NCBI GenBank assembly: GCA_035297365.1
Contig: DATGZA010000015.1
Span: 1-64,000, forward strand
Direction of reading: 5' to 3'
Origin: Nitrososphaeraceae archaeon
GTDB taxonomy: Archaea; Thermoproteota; Nitrososphaeria; Nitrososphaerales; Nitrososphaeraceae
DNA length: 64,000 nucleotides
The notes below the pieces were generated by a model. The model was not told the origin of the DNA and ran no database searches. It worked only from the letters and a program-made list of their open reading frames with translations. Within the stretch, counting starts at the first letter, position 1; each line of letters begins with the position of its first letter. A program made the translations under genes and the position numbers. This document shows, piece after piece, positions 42,371 to 53,538 of the stretch.

Positions 42371-42928
42371 TTACTCCCATAGTTTCATCTTTTCGATCTT
42401 TGCCTTTCTCCTTGTTTCCTGAAGGAAATTATAGACTATTTTGTGAGATCTTCCAGAACATATCATGTTTATAGCCTCTGAGGCAAGTCTTATTTGTTCG
42501 GAGGTTCCTATCAAACTAATTGTATGACCATAAATTGAAATATATACTCCCGACAACTCTTCTATGGTTCTTCTCGATTTTCCTCTTTCTCCTATTAATC
42601 TACTTTTTATTCTGGATAAGCCATTTTCTGATCTTCCCACAAAGTTTCTGAGATCAATAACCTCAAGTATGTTGTCTTCATTAAATAGATTGAATGCCCT
42701 TTCTGGAGAAAAACCCTTTGCTATGGCAGTAATTATTTCCATTGCCTTGTTTATGTCAAGAACGTTTAAATCGTCTCCTTTGGATTTTAGGGTAATATCA
42801 CCATAATCGCCATCTATTTCTATTTCTACGTTAAACTTTTTTTGAATTTCTTGTTTTGTAGATCCTTTCTTGCCAATTATGGCTCCAATTCTATCCTTCT
42901 GAATTCTAATGCTTCGTTGATAACTCAT
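42371..42928 (-). CDS. KH-domain rRNA-processing protein (Dim2/Pno1-like)
   Basis: RIGAIIGKKG, GFSPERA, RLIGERGK, G..HK.VY. Confidence 0.92.
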   Translation of the reverse strand: MSYQRSIRIQKDRIGAIIGKKGSTKQEIQKKFNVEIEIDGDYGDITLKSKGDDLNVLDINKAMEIITAIAKGFSPERAFNLFNEDNILEVIDLRNFVGRSENGLSRIKSRLIGERGKSRRTIEELSGVYISIYGHTISLIGTSEQIRLASEAINMICSGRSHKIVYNFLQETRRKAKIEKMKLWE

Positions 42929-43041
42929 TATTTTTCCCTAGATAAACTAACAAAATATTACTTATAAAATATTCATTTATTTGGATGTATTAAAAATAAA
43001 TGATTTTTATCAAATTTTCTTTTTCCGGATAATACTTTTAC

Positions 43042-43398
43042 CTAGTAGTTTCCCTGAAATGTGTATATCATTAAAAAAGGTGTATTTGAAATAACCTTGA
43101 CACTTTCTTTCTTTGCTAATCCTAACTTTAATGTCTTTTTAATTACTCTCTCGCCAATTAAATTCGCTATGGAGCATTTTTTAAGTAAATATTGAATCTC
43201 TTCTTCACTCATTAATTCATTAAAAAAATCTCTTGTGATCTCAATATTTACCGATTCATCTTTAATTGTCTTTCCCAACAAATTTTCATCACAAATATTT
43301 ATCATTAATGATCCTTGGTAACGCATTTTTCTTACGTAATATTGTGGGCTGATATCGGAGCCAGATTTATCATAATGGCTATCATCTTCTTTGGACAA
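43042..43398 (-). CDS. DUF424 family protein
   Basis: NICD..LLGK, IANL.G, P.LMI. Confidence 0.88.
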   Translation of the reverse strand: MSKEDDSHYDKSGSDISPQYYVRKMRYQGSLMINICDENLLGKTIKDESVNIEITRDFFNELMSEEEIQYLLKKCSIANLIGERVIKKTLKLGLAKKESVKVISNTPFLMIYTFQGNY

Positions 43399-43572
43399 TC
43401 AATTCCCCTTCTTTATTTGTAGGAAATATTACATCTTGGTTGTATATTAAGAATTCTTTTTGGATTTTCACGTTTGTTTTTATTAAAATGGAAACAAAAT
43501 ACGATTATTAGCAAAATACCTTCATAAAGTAAAAAAATGTTAGGACGAATTTTGATTGCTGTAAATTTAGAA

Positions 43573-44280
43573 TTATATCTTTCCTAATTTCTTTGTAAAC
43601 TCTTTGTAAGCTTCTAAATATGATCTTTTGTCCCCAATATCAATAAATCCAGATGCTATCGTAAAGGCCTTCACACATTTATTTTTCCTTATTATTTTTT
43701 GAACAATTTTGTCCATTCCAATAGTACTTGATTTTGGAATAAACTTTAGAAATTCCTTTTCCATAACATAACATCCAATGTTTATCAATCCTTCTACTTC
43801 TGGTTTCTCTCTCCATCCTGTAACTATTTTATTTTTTTTTTGTACTTCAATAAATCCATATTTCAACCTAGTTTTATATTGCATCAACGCCATCGAAAGA
43901 AAGGCCTTGGAGTGTTCATGTTCCTTTATCATTTGTTCTAAATTAAAGTCATAAATAGAATCTCCATATAAACAAACAAACCTACCCTTAAGTACTTTTT
44001 CAGTTGTCTTTAACTGCCCAGCTGTTGCTAGAGGTCTTTCAGAACGTGCATATGATATTCTTATTCCCAACCTTCCACCGTCCTCAAAATAATCCTCAAT
44101 AGTTCTATGTAAATAACTAACACAGATGATTATTTCATCAATAATTTTGGTACTTGCAATCCATTCTACGAGATGTTCCAATAATGGTTTATTACCCAGT
44201 GGTAACATTGGCTTAGGAATAAAGAAGGTATAGGGTTGCAATCGGGTGCCCAAGCCACCAGCAAGTATTACAGCCTGCAT
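43573..44280 (-). CDS. Sugar-phosphate nucleotidyltransferase
   Basis: AVILAGGLGTRL.P.T...PKP, L.TAG, YGD, FIDIG. Confidence 0.93.
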   Translation of the reverse strand: MQAVILAGGLGTRLQPYTFFIPKPMLPLGNKPLLEHLVEWIASTKIIDEIIICVSYLHRTIEDYFEDGGRLGIRISYARSERPLATAGQLKTTEKVLKGRFVCLYGDSIYDFNLEQMIKEHEHSKAFLSMALMQYKTRLKYGFIEVQKKNKIVTGWREKPEVEGLINIGCYVMEKEFLKFIPKSSTIGMDKIVQKIIRKNKCVKAFTIASGFIDIGDKRSYLEAYKEFTKKLGKI

Positions 44281-44511
44281 TTTTTAGTAACTTTAGTAAA
44301 TACTAAATTAATATACTTTTAAGATATTATTTCAATGAGACGCGAGAATTAAAACAAAAGCGAGCACCGAAACATTTAACAAAATTGATTATAATGGTAA
44401 ATCATAGAAGATATAATTAAAGATATAGAATCAGTTTCTTTCTCAAAAATATAATAATTTTTAAAAATATGATTTATTTCTATCAGAAGTTTTAATTGCA
44501 ATCAATAATTA

Positions 44512-45858
44512 TTAGTATTGATTAATTATTTTTTTTATATATTTTATAATCTTCTCTGGGTTATCTGCAAATAGAATTATCATGGGCTCCTTCCCAATAT
44601 CGCCTTTATGAAATATCATCCTTGCATCTTTTTCTTGTAATAAGCAGGACTGTATTCCCCATCGGATTGAAGATCCTTCTTTTCCTTTAATCTGTATCGG
44701 TTCTTTCGTTCTATCATACTGAACAATTTTCAAAAAAGATTTACCAATATCTATAATTTTTTCATTAAATCTTAAATTAATTGCAGATCTAATTGAGTTG
44801 TTTATCTGCATATATGTCAGGACTGCAGTCGCAACATGTCTTGAAGTACCGAATTCTATACAAGACGAAGCCTTAGCTGCTGTGTCTATTTTCACTATTC
44901 TACCTTTGACTCCTGCCACATCTGCTATATTCTCAGCATCAGGTATTGCGTAAACAAAGTTAGTCTGCGTTTCAGGGATCAATACACCCACCTTCTTAAT
45001 ATTCTCGAAATCCCGCACTGCCTTGGATAATTCTACTAAAACATTATATTTCATTGAATCATGATAGTTGGCAAAACCAGCGTCTGCAACTGGCAATCCT
45101 TTACCAATTTGTAGAATGCTTTTTTCAAAAATTTGCTGGATAAACTTGTTTGCCAATTTACATGCGTGATGGACTCTATAACCCTTTGCAGTAAAGGCAG
45201 CGAGAGCTGCTGAAAAATTACATCCAGATCCATGATTTTCGGGTATGTGTTTTTTTGGATTAGAAAATTTATAAATTATATTTTCATTATCAAGTAATAT
45301 ATCTATAACCTTGTCATTTTTTAATTGACCGCTTTTTATTATTACATTCTTTGCACCCATTTCCTTTATCATTTTTAGTGCTTCGATTAGATTCTGTTCT
45401 TTTTCTTTTTGTATTCTCATCTTGGTTATCTCTTCTGCTTCTGCAATATTTGGCGTAATAATAGTTGAAATTGGTAACAGTTTTTTCACAAAATCACTCA
45501 ATGCTTCTTTCATCAACATTCTTGTATTTGTAGAAGAAATCAAAATGGGGTCTACTATAATCGGAATATCTGGAATATCTTTTAAAATTTTTTGCAAGCG
45601 AAAAATGGTCGATCGATTATACACCATCCCCAGCTTTATTGCGTCTGGTTTTGAATCGCTAATTATTGATTTTATCTGCTCTGCTATTAGATAAGAAGGT
45701 AAAGGAAAAATTCTTGAAATAGTTTTTGTATTTTGGACGGTTATTGCTGTTATTGCAGTAAATCCATATACTCCAAGTGCAGAAAAGGTCTTCAGGTCTG
45801 CCTGTATACCTGCACCTGAAATAGGATCACTTCCCGCAATAGTCAAAACAGATTTCAT
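44512..45858 (-). CDS. thiD: Bifunctional HMP/HMP-P kinase + ThiN thiamine-phosphate synthase (ThiDN)
   Basis: [24 protein letters not shown]; C-terminal [21 protein letters not shown]. Confidence 0.94.
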   Translation of the reverse strand: MKSVLTIAGSDPISGAGIQADLKTFSALGVYGFTAITAITVQNTKTISRIFPLPSYLIAEQIKSIISDSKPDAIKLGMVYNRSTIFRLQKILKDIPDIPIIVDPILISSTNTRMLMKEALSDFVKKLLPISTIITPNIAEAEEITKMRIQKEKEQNLIEALKMIKEMGAKNVIIKSGQLKNDKVIDILLDNENIIYKFSNPKKHIPENHGSGCNFSAALAAFTAKGYRVHHACKLANKFIQQIFEKSILQIGKGLPVADAGFANYHDSMKYNVLVELSKAVRDFENIKKVGVLIPETQTNFVYAIPDAENIADVAGVKGRIVKIDTAAKASSCIEFGTSRHVATAVLTYMQINNSIRSAINLRFNEKIIDIGKSFLKIVQYDRTKEPIQIKGKEGSSIRWGIQSCLLQEKDARMIFHKGDIGKEPMIILFADNPEKIIKYIKKIINQY

Positions 45859-46312
45859 AATTATATGATACTATTTCCCAGTTAAAATATAATTTTATAT
45901 TTTATATAAAATTGTATAAAAAACCTCTTTCGTTCGTTATCCCCTTTAATCCTTTTATTCTATACTAGATTTATTTTCTTAATTTTCCATATATTGTAAA
46001 TAAGATTATGATGATTTTGTTGGCTGGTTTAACAACTAATGAATATATAGAGTAAGTTCAGGAAATAATTAATACGAGAAATATTTTTGAATATTATTAT
46101 TTCAATATTAGTAATTCTAGTTTTAAGATATGAAATTTAAATGCACAATAAGGGTAATTACAAATAATCTTATTTATTTCTGTGCAACTTCAACCAATAC
46201 TGTAGCAAGAAAAAAAATGGGTCCATAATTTTTTGAACACTTATTTTTTGGGTTACAATATTTAATTTTTAAATTCATTATATTACCTCGAAGGAAGCAA
46301 TTTTTAAACTCG

Positions 46313-46344
46313 ATAGGCTTAATTTATTATAGGCTTAATTTATT
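46313..46344. repeat. 16-bp tandem duplication spanning the J-domain gene stop
   Basis: ATAGGCTTAATTTATT x2. Confidence 0.8.
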
Positions 46345-46781
46345 AATATTATAAAGAGCGCTATCAAACCAAGCGTACCAAATAAGATCATTGTGGCTTT
46401 CCACAAACCAATATTAGCATTCTCATTAATATTCCACATACCTCCTTTAAAATTCTCCTGCCTGTATCGTCTTTTCAGATTCTCGTAACTATAGAAATGC
46501 TCAAAATCTGCTGAAGGAACCCACTTGAATCCTGAATTATAAACATATTCATTTTTGTTCAGGAATCTTTTATTAAGTAATGAATGATCATATTTTGCCT
46601 TCGAATTTTGGTCAGACAGTACTTCGTATGCTTCAATTAGTTGCATGAACTTATGCTTTGAGTCTTCTGAATTCTTGTTCTTGTCTGGATGATATTTTAA
46701 TGCTAAATTTCTGAAAGCTTTTTTAATCTCATTTTGACTTGCATCCTTACCTAATCCAAGAATTTCATAATAATCTGACAC
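46335..46781 (-). CDS. J-domain protein with C-terminal TM anchor
   Basis: DYYEILG, KYHPDKN, AYEVLSD; hydrophobic C-terminus. Confidence 0.92.
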   Translation of the reverse strand: MSDYYEILGLGKDASQNEIKKAFRNLALKYHPDKNKNSEDSKHKFMQLIEAYEVLSDQNSKAKYDHSLLNKRFLNKNEYVYNSGFKWVPSADFEHFYSYENLKRRYRQENFKGGMWNINENANIGLWKATMILFGTLGLIALFIILIN

Positions 46782-46917
46782 TTGGAAATATATTAATTAC
46801 ACGAGATAATAATTTTTTTCGGTTTTTATTTCAATATCTTTTTCTATTTTATTCATCTATCAAATTCTATATTTTGGACACCATATTAATTGAATCATAA
46901 TCTATTTATCTTCGTCA

Positions 46918-48207
46918 GTGATCAAATATGTATATATGAATAGATTTTTAGGAAGGAGAATTTTAAAAAAAATTAACCTAGGAGAAACACCTTCCAAACT
47001 AGAAAAAAGTATCAGTAATGAAGATACTGCTATCAATGATGATGATCTAAATAGTGATAATCAAGAGGGTAAAACTTTAGAAAATACAATAAAAAGAAGT
47101 GATGAATCTGGGAAAGAAGATTCTGAAATTCCTATTCATAAACCTATCAATAATGTTGTTGATATTCAGAAATTTGACCTTTATAACAAAGGAATTAATC
47201 ATATGTCGAATGAAAAGCTAGTTGATGCTATCAGATGCTTTGAATTGGCAATAAGAATAGATCCAGAATTTGCCAATGCATGGATAAAAAAAGGATATTC
47301 TCATTTTCATATGAATGAATTTACAGTTGCTATTTCCTGTTACGATAAAGCCCTTGATTTGGATATAAATAATTCAGAAGCATGGAATCTGAAGGGTCTA
47401 GCTTATTATCGAATGGATAATCTACAAAAAGCTGTTGAATGCTGTGAAAAAGCGTTAGATATCAATCATAACGATGGTATGTCATGGTATAATCTCGCTT
47501 GTTATCTTGTATTAGATGGAAGAGTAGATGATGGTATTGAGGCTTTAAAACGCTCTATAGAGATAGATATATCTTATGCAAAGAGGGCGGTACGGGATAA
47601 AGATTTTGAAAATGCAAAAGCTGAAGAAGGATTTAGAAGAATTGTTGAGGTTGTGGTCCTAGAAGCAATTCGCCTTGGTTATGATTATTCTGGAAAGATA
47701 GTATGGATAACGGGCATGGACAAAGTTGAAGTGGATGATGCTCTACTAAATTTAACTATGAAGGGGTTGGTAATCAGAAACGTAAAGAAAAATCTCTTCA
47801 ACAAAGAAGAATATTATGAAGTAGCAAAGGAACTTGCCACAAAAGTTGGTACAGTAAAAAGATCCGGTTTTATGGGTAAATCAAGAGAAATAACTCCTCC
47901 AATGCAACAACTAAAAGATATTTCCGAGCTACTAAATAGGGCAAGAAATTCGGTTGAAAATGGGGATGTTCATCTTACTATGGAATATTTCGATCAGCTA
48001 ATCAATCCAACAGTTCATGGAAGTTTGATGATCGAAAAATTCTTTAATGAACATCGTGATCTCAGACTTTACCAAAATAGATTAAAGGACAAAGGACAAG
48101 AATATCTCAATTCGCACAAAACTGATTTCATATCCATGATAAACGAGATTGATAGTAAAATCCGTGGACATCATGTATCTGATGATATGTTGAAGAGTAC
48201 TAACTAA
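46918..48207 (+). CDS. TPR-repeat protein with wHTH-like C-terminal part
   Basis: Several TPRs (AW..KG, A..C..KAL, WYNLAC). Confidence 0.88.
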   Translation: MIKYVYMNRFLGRRILKKINLGETPSKLEKSISNEDTAINDDDLNSDNQEGKTLENTIKRSDESGKEDSEIPIHKPINNVVDIQKFDLYNKGINHMSNEKLVDAIRCFELAIRIDPEFANAWIKKGYSHFHMNEFTVAISCYDKALDLDINNSEAWNLKGLAYYRMDNLQKAVECCEKALDINHNDGMSWYNLACYLVLDGRVDDGIEALKRSIEIDISYAKRAVRDKDFENAKAEEGFRRIVEVVVLEAIRLGYDYSGKIVWITGMDKVEVDDALLNLTMKGLVIRNVKKNLFNKEEYYEVAKELATKVGTVKRSGFMGKSREITPPMQQLKDISELLNRARNSVENGDVHLTMEYFDQLINPTVHGSLMIEKFFNEHRDLRLYQNRLKDKGQEYLNSHKTDFISMINEIDSKIRGHHVSDDMLKSTN

Positions 48208-48379
48208 CCCTCTTAAAGATTATATAGTTTCAATACCAAAAAGGCTAGAAAATAAGTAAACAATAATGGTTATTCTTTATTATATTTATGATTCTCTTTA
48301 TTTTGTTTCTCATTAATTTCTGATAAAATAATTTCATGTTGTGCATTAATAATATATAATCTATTTATGGATATATTTT

Positions 48380-49180
48380 ATGCCAAAAATTTTTGCTGAC
48401 GTCAGCGAGAAAGAAATTAGCCGATCAATTGCTGGAATGTTTATGGAGACTATGAACGAGTATACCGACTCTGAAGTAATTATTATTGGAGCAGGACCTG
48501 CGGGTTTGTCGGCAGGAAGAGAACTCGGAAGACTCGGAATAAAAACATTAATCATTGAACAAAATAATTACATCGGCGGGGGATACTGGGTAGGCGGATA
48601 TATGATGAATCCTGTTACAGTACGAGCACCTGCGCAGAAGATATGGGATGAACTAGGAGTACCATATAGAACTATAAGAGAAGGATTGTATGCGACATGG
48701 GGACCCCATGCATGTTCTAAATTAATAGCAGCTACATGTGACGCAGGAGTTAGATTTTTACAGTTGACAAAATTTGATGATCTGATTATAAAGAATAAAC
48801 GGGTTGGCGGTGTAGTAGTTAATTGGATGCCAGTATCTGCGTTACCAAGAAATATTACCTGTGTCGATCCGATAGCATTTGAGAGTAAGATAGTCATTGA
48901 TGCTTCTGGTCATGATTCTGTTGCAGTAAAAAGATTAATGGAACGAGGTTATGTGAAGTGGAAAGGAATGGATCCAATGTGGGTAGATACAAGCGAAGAT
49001 GCAGTTGTTAATTATACTGGGGAAGTTTTTCCTGGATTGATTGCAACGGGCATGTCTGTGACTGAAACACACGGATTGCCAAGAATGGGGCCAACCTTTG
49101 GATCCATGTTACTGTCTGGTAAAAAGGCAGCAGAAATTGCAGCAAACAAATTAAAAGAATTACCTCAAATCCAGAATTAG
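48380..49180 (+). CDS. thi4: Thiazole (ADT) synthase Thi4, Cys-type
   Basis: GAGPAG, GGG.W.GG, TCVDP, DASGHD, PRMGPTFG.ML.SG. Confidence 0.95.
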   Translation: MPKIFADVSEKEISRSIAGMFMETMNEYTDSEVIIIGAGPAGLSAGRELGRLGIKTLIIEQNNYIGGGYWVGGYMMNPVTVRAPAQKIWDELGVPYRTIREGLYATWGPHACSKLIAATCDAGVRFLQLTKFDDLIIKNKRVGGVVVNWMPVSALPRNITCVDPIAFESKIVIDASGHDSVAVKRLMERGYVKWKGMDPMWVDTSEDAVVNYTGEVFPGLIATGMSVTETHGLPRMGPTFGSMLLSGKKAAEIAANKLKELPQIQN

Positions 49181-49231
49181 GTCTGTAAGAGAACCATTTT
49201 TTATTACCTTTTTTACAAGTTACTATAAAGA

Positions 49232-50092
49232 ATGAATGATTTCCATACTAATATTTTTATTCATAACGAATCGAAGTGGACAAAAATAAATATTGATGAA
49301 ATTCTGCTTTCTTTAAAGAAAATATTAAGTATATCCTTTGAAAAACTAAAATTTAAAGATGATTTTTTTTTAATACCTCTTCGAATACTTACACAAGATG
49401 AAATAAACAATATTGAAAACCAATCAATTATTCAAGATGTGAAAAATGAATTGAATATATACAATATATTAAATATCGATAACAACAAACCAGAAACGAG
49501 TCACCATAAAAAAGATCCAGGGATTGCTCAACCCAATAGTATTGAAATTGACAAGGAAAATTTTCAAAATGATAGCAAGAAACCAATGATGTATGATGGT
49601 TTTATTTTACAAAAAATGTATCAAGAAATTCTCAATAATAAAAGCTTGGAATTGGATCTTTCAAATTTGTTTATCGTTATAACTGATAAGTTGATATGTA
49701 CTTTTGAAGAAACAGACTGGAGATATCATGCAAGGTATATTATATTAGGAAATCCAACAATTATATCCACATCAGGAATATTAGAAGGACCCGCTAAACC
49801 TAAGGACTATTATTTAAAGTTGGTACAATTTTCTCTGGATCCTGAAATAGCTAAAAAAGTTGACGAGCAATATAAAGGAAGATTTATAGAATATAACGAT
49901 CGGATGATAAATGAAATAATCGAAAGTCTAGTGATACAATCCCTTTATTTTTTCAAAGTAGGTGAGGCTTTTTGTGAAGATACTAATTGTAGACTTTTTA
50001 ATTCTCATTGGCAAGAAGATCTAATAAGATTGAGCAAAAGCAAAACTCTTTGTAAAAAACACACATACATCTTAAGAGATTATAGCATCTAG
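49232..50092 (+). CDS. Hypothetical protein, putative metallopeptidase-like (DUF6775-like)
   Basis: YDGF, D.RYHAR, STSG..E.PAKP, FC....CRL.N.HWQ, C..H. Confidence 0.65.
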   Translation: MNDFHTNIFIHNESKWTKINIDEILLSLKKILSISFEKLKFKDDFFLIPLRILTQDEINNIENQSIIQDVKNELNIYNILNIDNNKPETSHHKKDPGIAQPNSIEIDKENFQNDSKKPMMYDGFILQKMYQEILNNKSLELDLSNLFIVITDKLICTFEETDWRYHARYIILGNPTIISTSGILEGPAKPKDYYLKLVQFSLDPEIAKKVDEQYKGRFIEYNDRMINEIIESLVIQSLYFFKVGEAFCEDTNCRLFNSHWQEDLIRLSKSKTLCKKHTYILRDYSI

Positions 50093-50230
50093 ATAAAAAT
50101 AATCGATTTAGGGAGATTTTATCAAATTTTTTTCAATTTTTAAATTCATTATTATTTATATTTGAATTTAGAGTATTTTTTTATTCTACACGAACAAATT
50201 ATTAATCAGTCTATTTTCTTAATAATAACA

Positions 50231-51214
50231 ATGCAAAAAGACGGGAGTGATGATACCAATAACAACACTTTCAAATATTCTCATTCTGGCGATAATCCAA
50301 ACTATTTTGATGTTATTGTTATAGGGTCTGGGCCAGCAGGATATACTGCAAGTACCTATACATCCAGAGCTAAACTTAATACTTTGATTATTACAGGTTC
50401 GCTTCCAGGGGGTCAACTAATGACTACTAGCGAAGTTGAAAATTACCCGGGTTTTCCAAATGGAATCTTTGGTCCCGAATTGATGATGAATATGAGACAA
50501 CAAGCTGAAAGGTTTGGATCCAATGTCATTGACGATGAAGTCATTGAAGTCAATTTCCAAGACAGACCGTTTTTGGTCAAAACCCATTCAAATGAATATC
50601 TTTCTAGATCTGTTCTTATTTGTACAGGTGCGGCGCCAAGAAAACTAGGTGTAGATGGCGAAGAAAAATTTGCAGGTAGGGGAATATCATATTGTGCTAC
50701 CTGTGATGGACCATTTTTTAAAGGAGAGGATATAGTTGTCGCGGGAGGAGGAGATACCGCATTGGAGGAGGCGACATTTTTGACTAAGTTTGGTAAATCC
50801 GTCAAAGTCATACATAGGAGAGACAGTCTTCGTGCAAGTAAGATCCTTCAGGAAAAGGCATTTGAAAATCCTAAAATTGATTTCATTTGGAATAGTAATG
50901 TTAAAAAAATCACAGGAGAAAAAAAAATATCAAAAGTACTGATAGAGGATTTGAAAACGTCTGAAGAAACTGAACTAAATATTGGTGGCTTATTCATTGC
51001 TATTGGTCATGAACCCAACACCAAAATTTTTAGAGGTCAGGTTGACATGGATGAACATGGTTATATTAAGTTGAAAGAAAATACGAAAACTAGTGTCGAC
51101 GGTGTCTTTGCTGCCGGCGACGTCCATGATTATCGTTATAGGCAGGCAGTTACTGCAGCAGGGTACGGATGCATGGCTGCTTTGGATGTCGAGAAATGGT
51201 TAAATGAAAAATAG
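50231..51214 (+). CDS. trxB: Thioredoxin reductase (ATG 50231 preferred)
   Basis: GSGPAG, GGQL, ENYPGF, CATCD, GGGD.A, HRRD, FAAGD. Confidence 0.97.
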   Translation: MQKDGSDDTNNNTFKYSHSGDNPNYFDVIVIGSGPAGYTASTYTSRAKLNTLIITGSLPGGQLMTTSEVENYPGFPNGIFGPELMMNMRQQAERFGSNVIDDEVIEVNFQDRPFLVKTHSNEYLSRSVLICTGAAPRKLGVDGEEKFAGRGISYCATCDGPFFKGEDIVVAGGGDTALEEATFLTKFGKSVKVIHRRDSLRASKILQEKAFENPKIDFIWNSNVKKITGEKKISKVLIEDLKTSEETELNIGGLFIAIGHEPNTKIFRGQVDMDEHGYIKLKENTKTSVDGVFAAGDVHDYRYRQAVTAAGYGCMAALDVEKWLNEK

Positions 51215-51294
51215 TAATATATATTTTACAATGGAACAACGTTTTGGTACCATGGTATATGAAAAATTTGGAGTAAATAACGATTAAATAATGA

Positions 51295-52296
51295 TTAATA
51301 ATATAGATCTGGCAGATAACCTGCATATTTTAGGTTTCTAGCATATTCTTCTTCTGAGAATATATTTTGTTGTAAATACAAACTTTTGAACTTTCTTCCA
51401 TCGTCGGCAAAAATACCTACTATCACTCCCTTTTCCGTCTTGTTTCTTTGTTTTATCATTGCAGCCATTACCGATCCCGAAGATGGACCAACTAGAAGCT
51501 TTTCTTTATATGCTAATTCTTTTACCCTGTTAAAAGATTCATCGTTTGTTGCAGTAAACCATTCATTTACCACACTTTCTCGCTTTTTGAAGAGTTCAGG
51601 CATTGCTGATTCTTCAAAATTTCTTAAGCCCTGTAACAAATGATTCTTTTGTGCTTGAACAGCGATGACTTTTATATTTGGATTCATCTCTTTTAAATAA
51701 ACTCCTGTTCCAGTAATAGTTCCACCAGTACCGCATCCAGTCAAAAAATGTGTTACCGATCCATTTGTTTGCTTCCATATCTCAGGTCCAGTACTTTCAT
51801 AATGCGCTAGATAATTTGCATCATTCTCGTATTGATTTGGCATATAGTAAATATCAGGTCTAGGAGTTGATATAGCTCTTGCTAATGCAATACTTTGATC
51901 AGTTCCTGCTCCTACTCTAGGGCACAAATCATCAGATGTTTCGTGAACTGTTGCACCTAAATTTCTTAAAATTTTTTTAGTTTCGTCGCTCACTTTGTCG
52001 GGTATGACAATTTCTACCTTATATCCCATTGACGAAGCGATTCCAGTTAAAGCGATTCCAGTATTTCCTGATGATGGTTCTATTATGATACTCTTGTTTT
52101 TTCGTAATTTTCCATTTTTTTCAGCATCCTTTATCATCCAATAAGCCGCTCTATCTTTTACAGAGCCAAAAGGATTGTACCACTCTAATTTTGCAAAAAG
52201 TCTAACATCTTTTACCGAAAAATTAGGTAACTCTATCAAAGGCGTATTACCTATTCTTTGAATTATTTCCGTTTCTGTAGTAGAAGATATAGTCAT
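51295..52296 (-). CDS. cysK: PLP-dependent cysteine synthase family protein
   Basis: IGNTP, NPFGSVKDR, SSGNTG, NQY, GTGGT, GPSSG. Confidence 0.9.
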   Translation of the reverse strand: MTISSTTETEIIQRIGNTPLIELPNFSVKDVRLFAKLEWYNPFGSVKDRAAYWMIKDAEKNGKLRKNKSIIIEPSSGNTGIALTGIASSMGYKVEIVIPDKVSDETKKILRNLGATVHETSDDLCPRVGAGTDQSIALARAISTPRPDIYYMPNQYENDANYLAHYESTGPEIWKQTNGSVTHFLTGCGTGGTITGTGVYLKEMNPNIKVIAVQAQKNHLLQGLRNFEESAMPELFKKRESVVNEWFTATNDESFNRVKELAYKEKLLVGPSSGSVMAAMIKQRNKTEKGVIVGIFADDGRKFKSLYLQQNIFSEEEYARNLKYAGYLPDLYY

Positions 52297-52300
52297 TTTG

Positions 52301-52543
52301 TTATTTAGCCTTCTTAATTACAAACTCTAGATCTTGTTCTTTCTTATCAATAGAAAGTAATTCATGACCATTTCTGTTTACCCATCGAGAAATGTCTTCT
52401 TCCGATTGAGGATCATCAGCAACGACCTTCAATTTTTCTCCGATGGATATTTTTTCCATTTCTATCTTTGTCCTAAATACTGGTTCAGGACAATAAAGAC
52501 CCCTTACATCGATAATTTTTTTAAATTCCATATTATCAATCAA
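52301..52543 (-). CDS. tusA: TusA/SirA family sulfur carrier
   Basis: DVRGLYCPEP; ADDP....DI..W. Confidence 0.92.
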   Translation of the reverse strand: MIDNMEFKKIIDVRGLYCPEPVFRTKIEMEKISIGEKLKVVADDPQSEEDISRWVNRNGHELLSIDKKEQDLEFVIKKAK

Positions 52544-52758
52544 CTGGTAATCACAAATAAAACACCTAAATGTAATATAAAATGTTTATGACTTTAAGGA
52601 AGTGCAATACTAAAAAGAATAGTTCTACCATATCAAAGGTAGTTCATACAAATAATAAAGATTTAATACATTTAAAAAACATTGTTAGAATTCTTTTTCA
52701 CTGAAAATTTTTCTGATGAGATAAAAAAGATAAATTCTTAATAGGTGGAATTCATTTT

Positions 52759-53535
52759 TTATCTTCTAAATATATCTAGTTTTTCCCTTCTATTCAAATC
52801 CTTAATATTAGATTTTCTTGTAATAGTGAAATTAAAACCTCGTATAATCACAGCAGGAATATTGTTAGATTTTCCCATCACTAGTTCAGAAGCCCCAGCA
52901 ATTTCGTCAGCAATAGCAATTTCTGTTACTTTCAGGACCTTTCCATACATATCCTTCTTACCAATATAACTCTTGATAGGTTTGACTCCAGATACACCTA
53001 TTGCTACATTAGTTTGACCATTCCTGAAGGGTCTACCAAATGTATCTGAAATAATGACAGCTATGTCCTTTCCAGTTTTTCCCTTGATTTCTTCTCTGAT
53101 CTGGTTTGCTGTTTGATCTGGGTTTCTTGGTAAAAGTAAAACTCTATTTTGATATTTACTCACGTTACTCTGATCTATTCCAGCATTGGCACAAATGAAT
53201 CCTTGGTTTGTTTCAACTATCATAGTTTTATTAAAAATTTTTATTATCTTCCTTGATTCTTGTAAAATAAGTTCTATTAGCCTGGGATCTTTATCTAAAC
53301 TTTTTCTAATTTCAAGTGCCTTTTTGGATGGTATGACACGTGCCAATTCCACGAACATTCCTTCTTGTTTCGATATTATTTTTTGAGCAATAACCAAGAT
53401 ATCTTTATTTTTTATTTTTATGCCCAAATTATTACTTTTATGGAGTGAACTTAAAATAATGTCTATAAGATTGTCATTTGGTTTGATTTCCGAGAGAATT
53501 GAAATAGGGATTATTTCTAACTTTCTAACTGGCAA
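52759..53535 (-). CDS. cofE: Coenzyme F420-0:L-glutamate ligase
   Basis: KIISK.EG, CANAGID.SN, LLP.NPD, SDTFGRPFR.G, ADE.A. Confidence 0.96.
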   Translation of the reverse strand: MPVRKLEIIPISILSEIKPNDNLIDIILSSLHKSNNLGIKIKNKDILVIAQKIISKQEGMFVELARVIPSKKALEIRKSLDKDPRLIELILQESRKIIKIFNKTMIVETNQGFICANAGIDQSNVSKYQNRVLLLPRNPDQTANQIREEIKGKTGKDIAVIISDTFGRPFRNGQTNVAIGVSGVKPIKSYIGKKDMYGKVLKVTEIAIADEIAGASELVMGKSNNIPAVIIRGFNFTITRKSNIKDLNRREKLDIFRR

Positions 53536-53538
53536 TCT

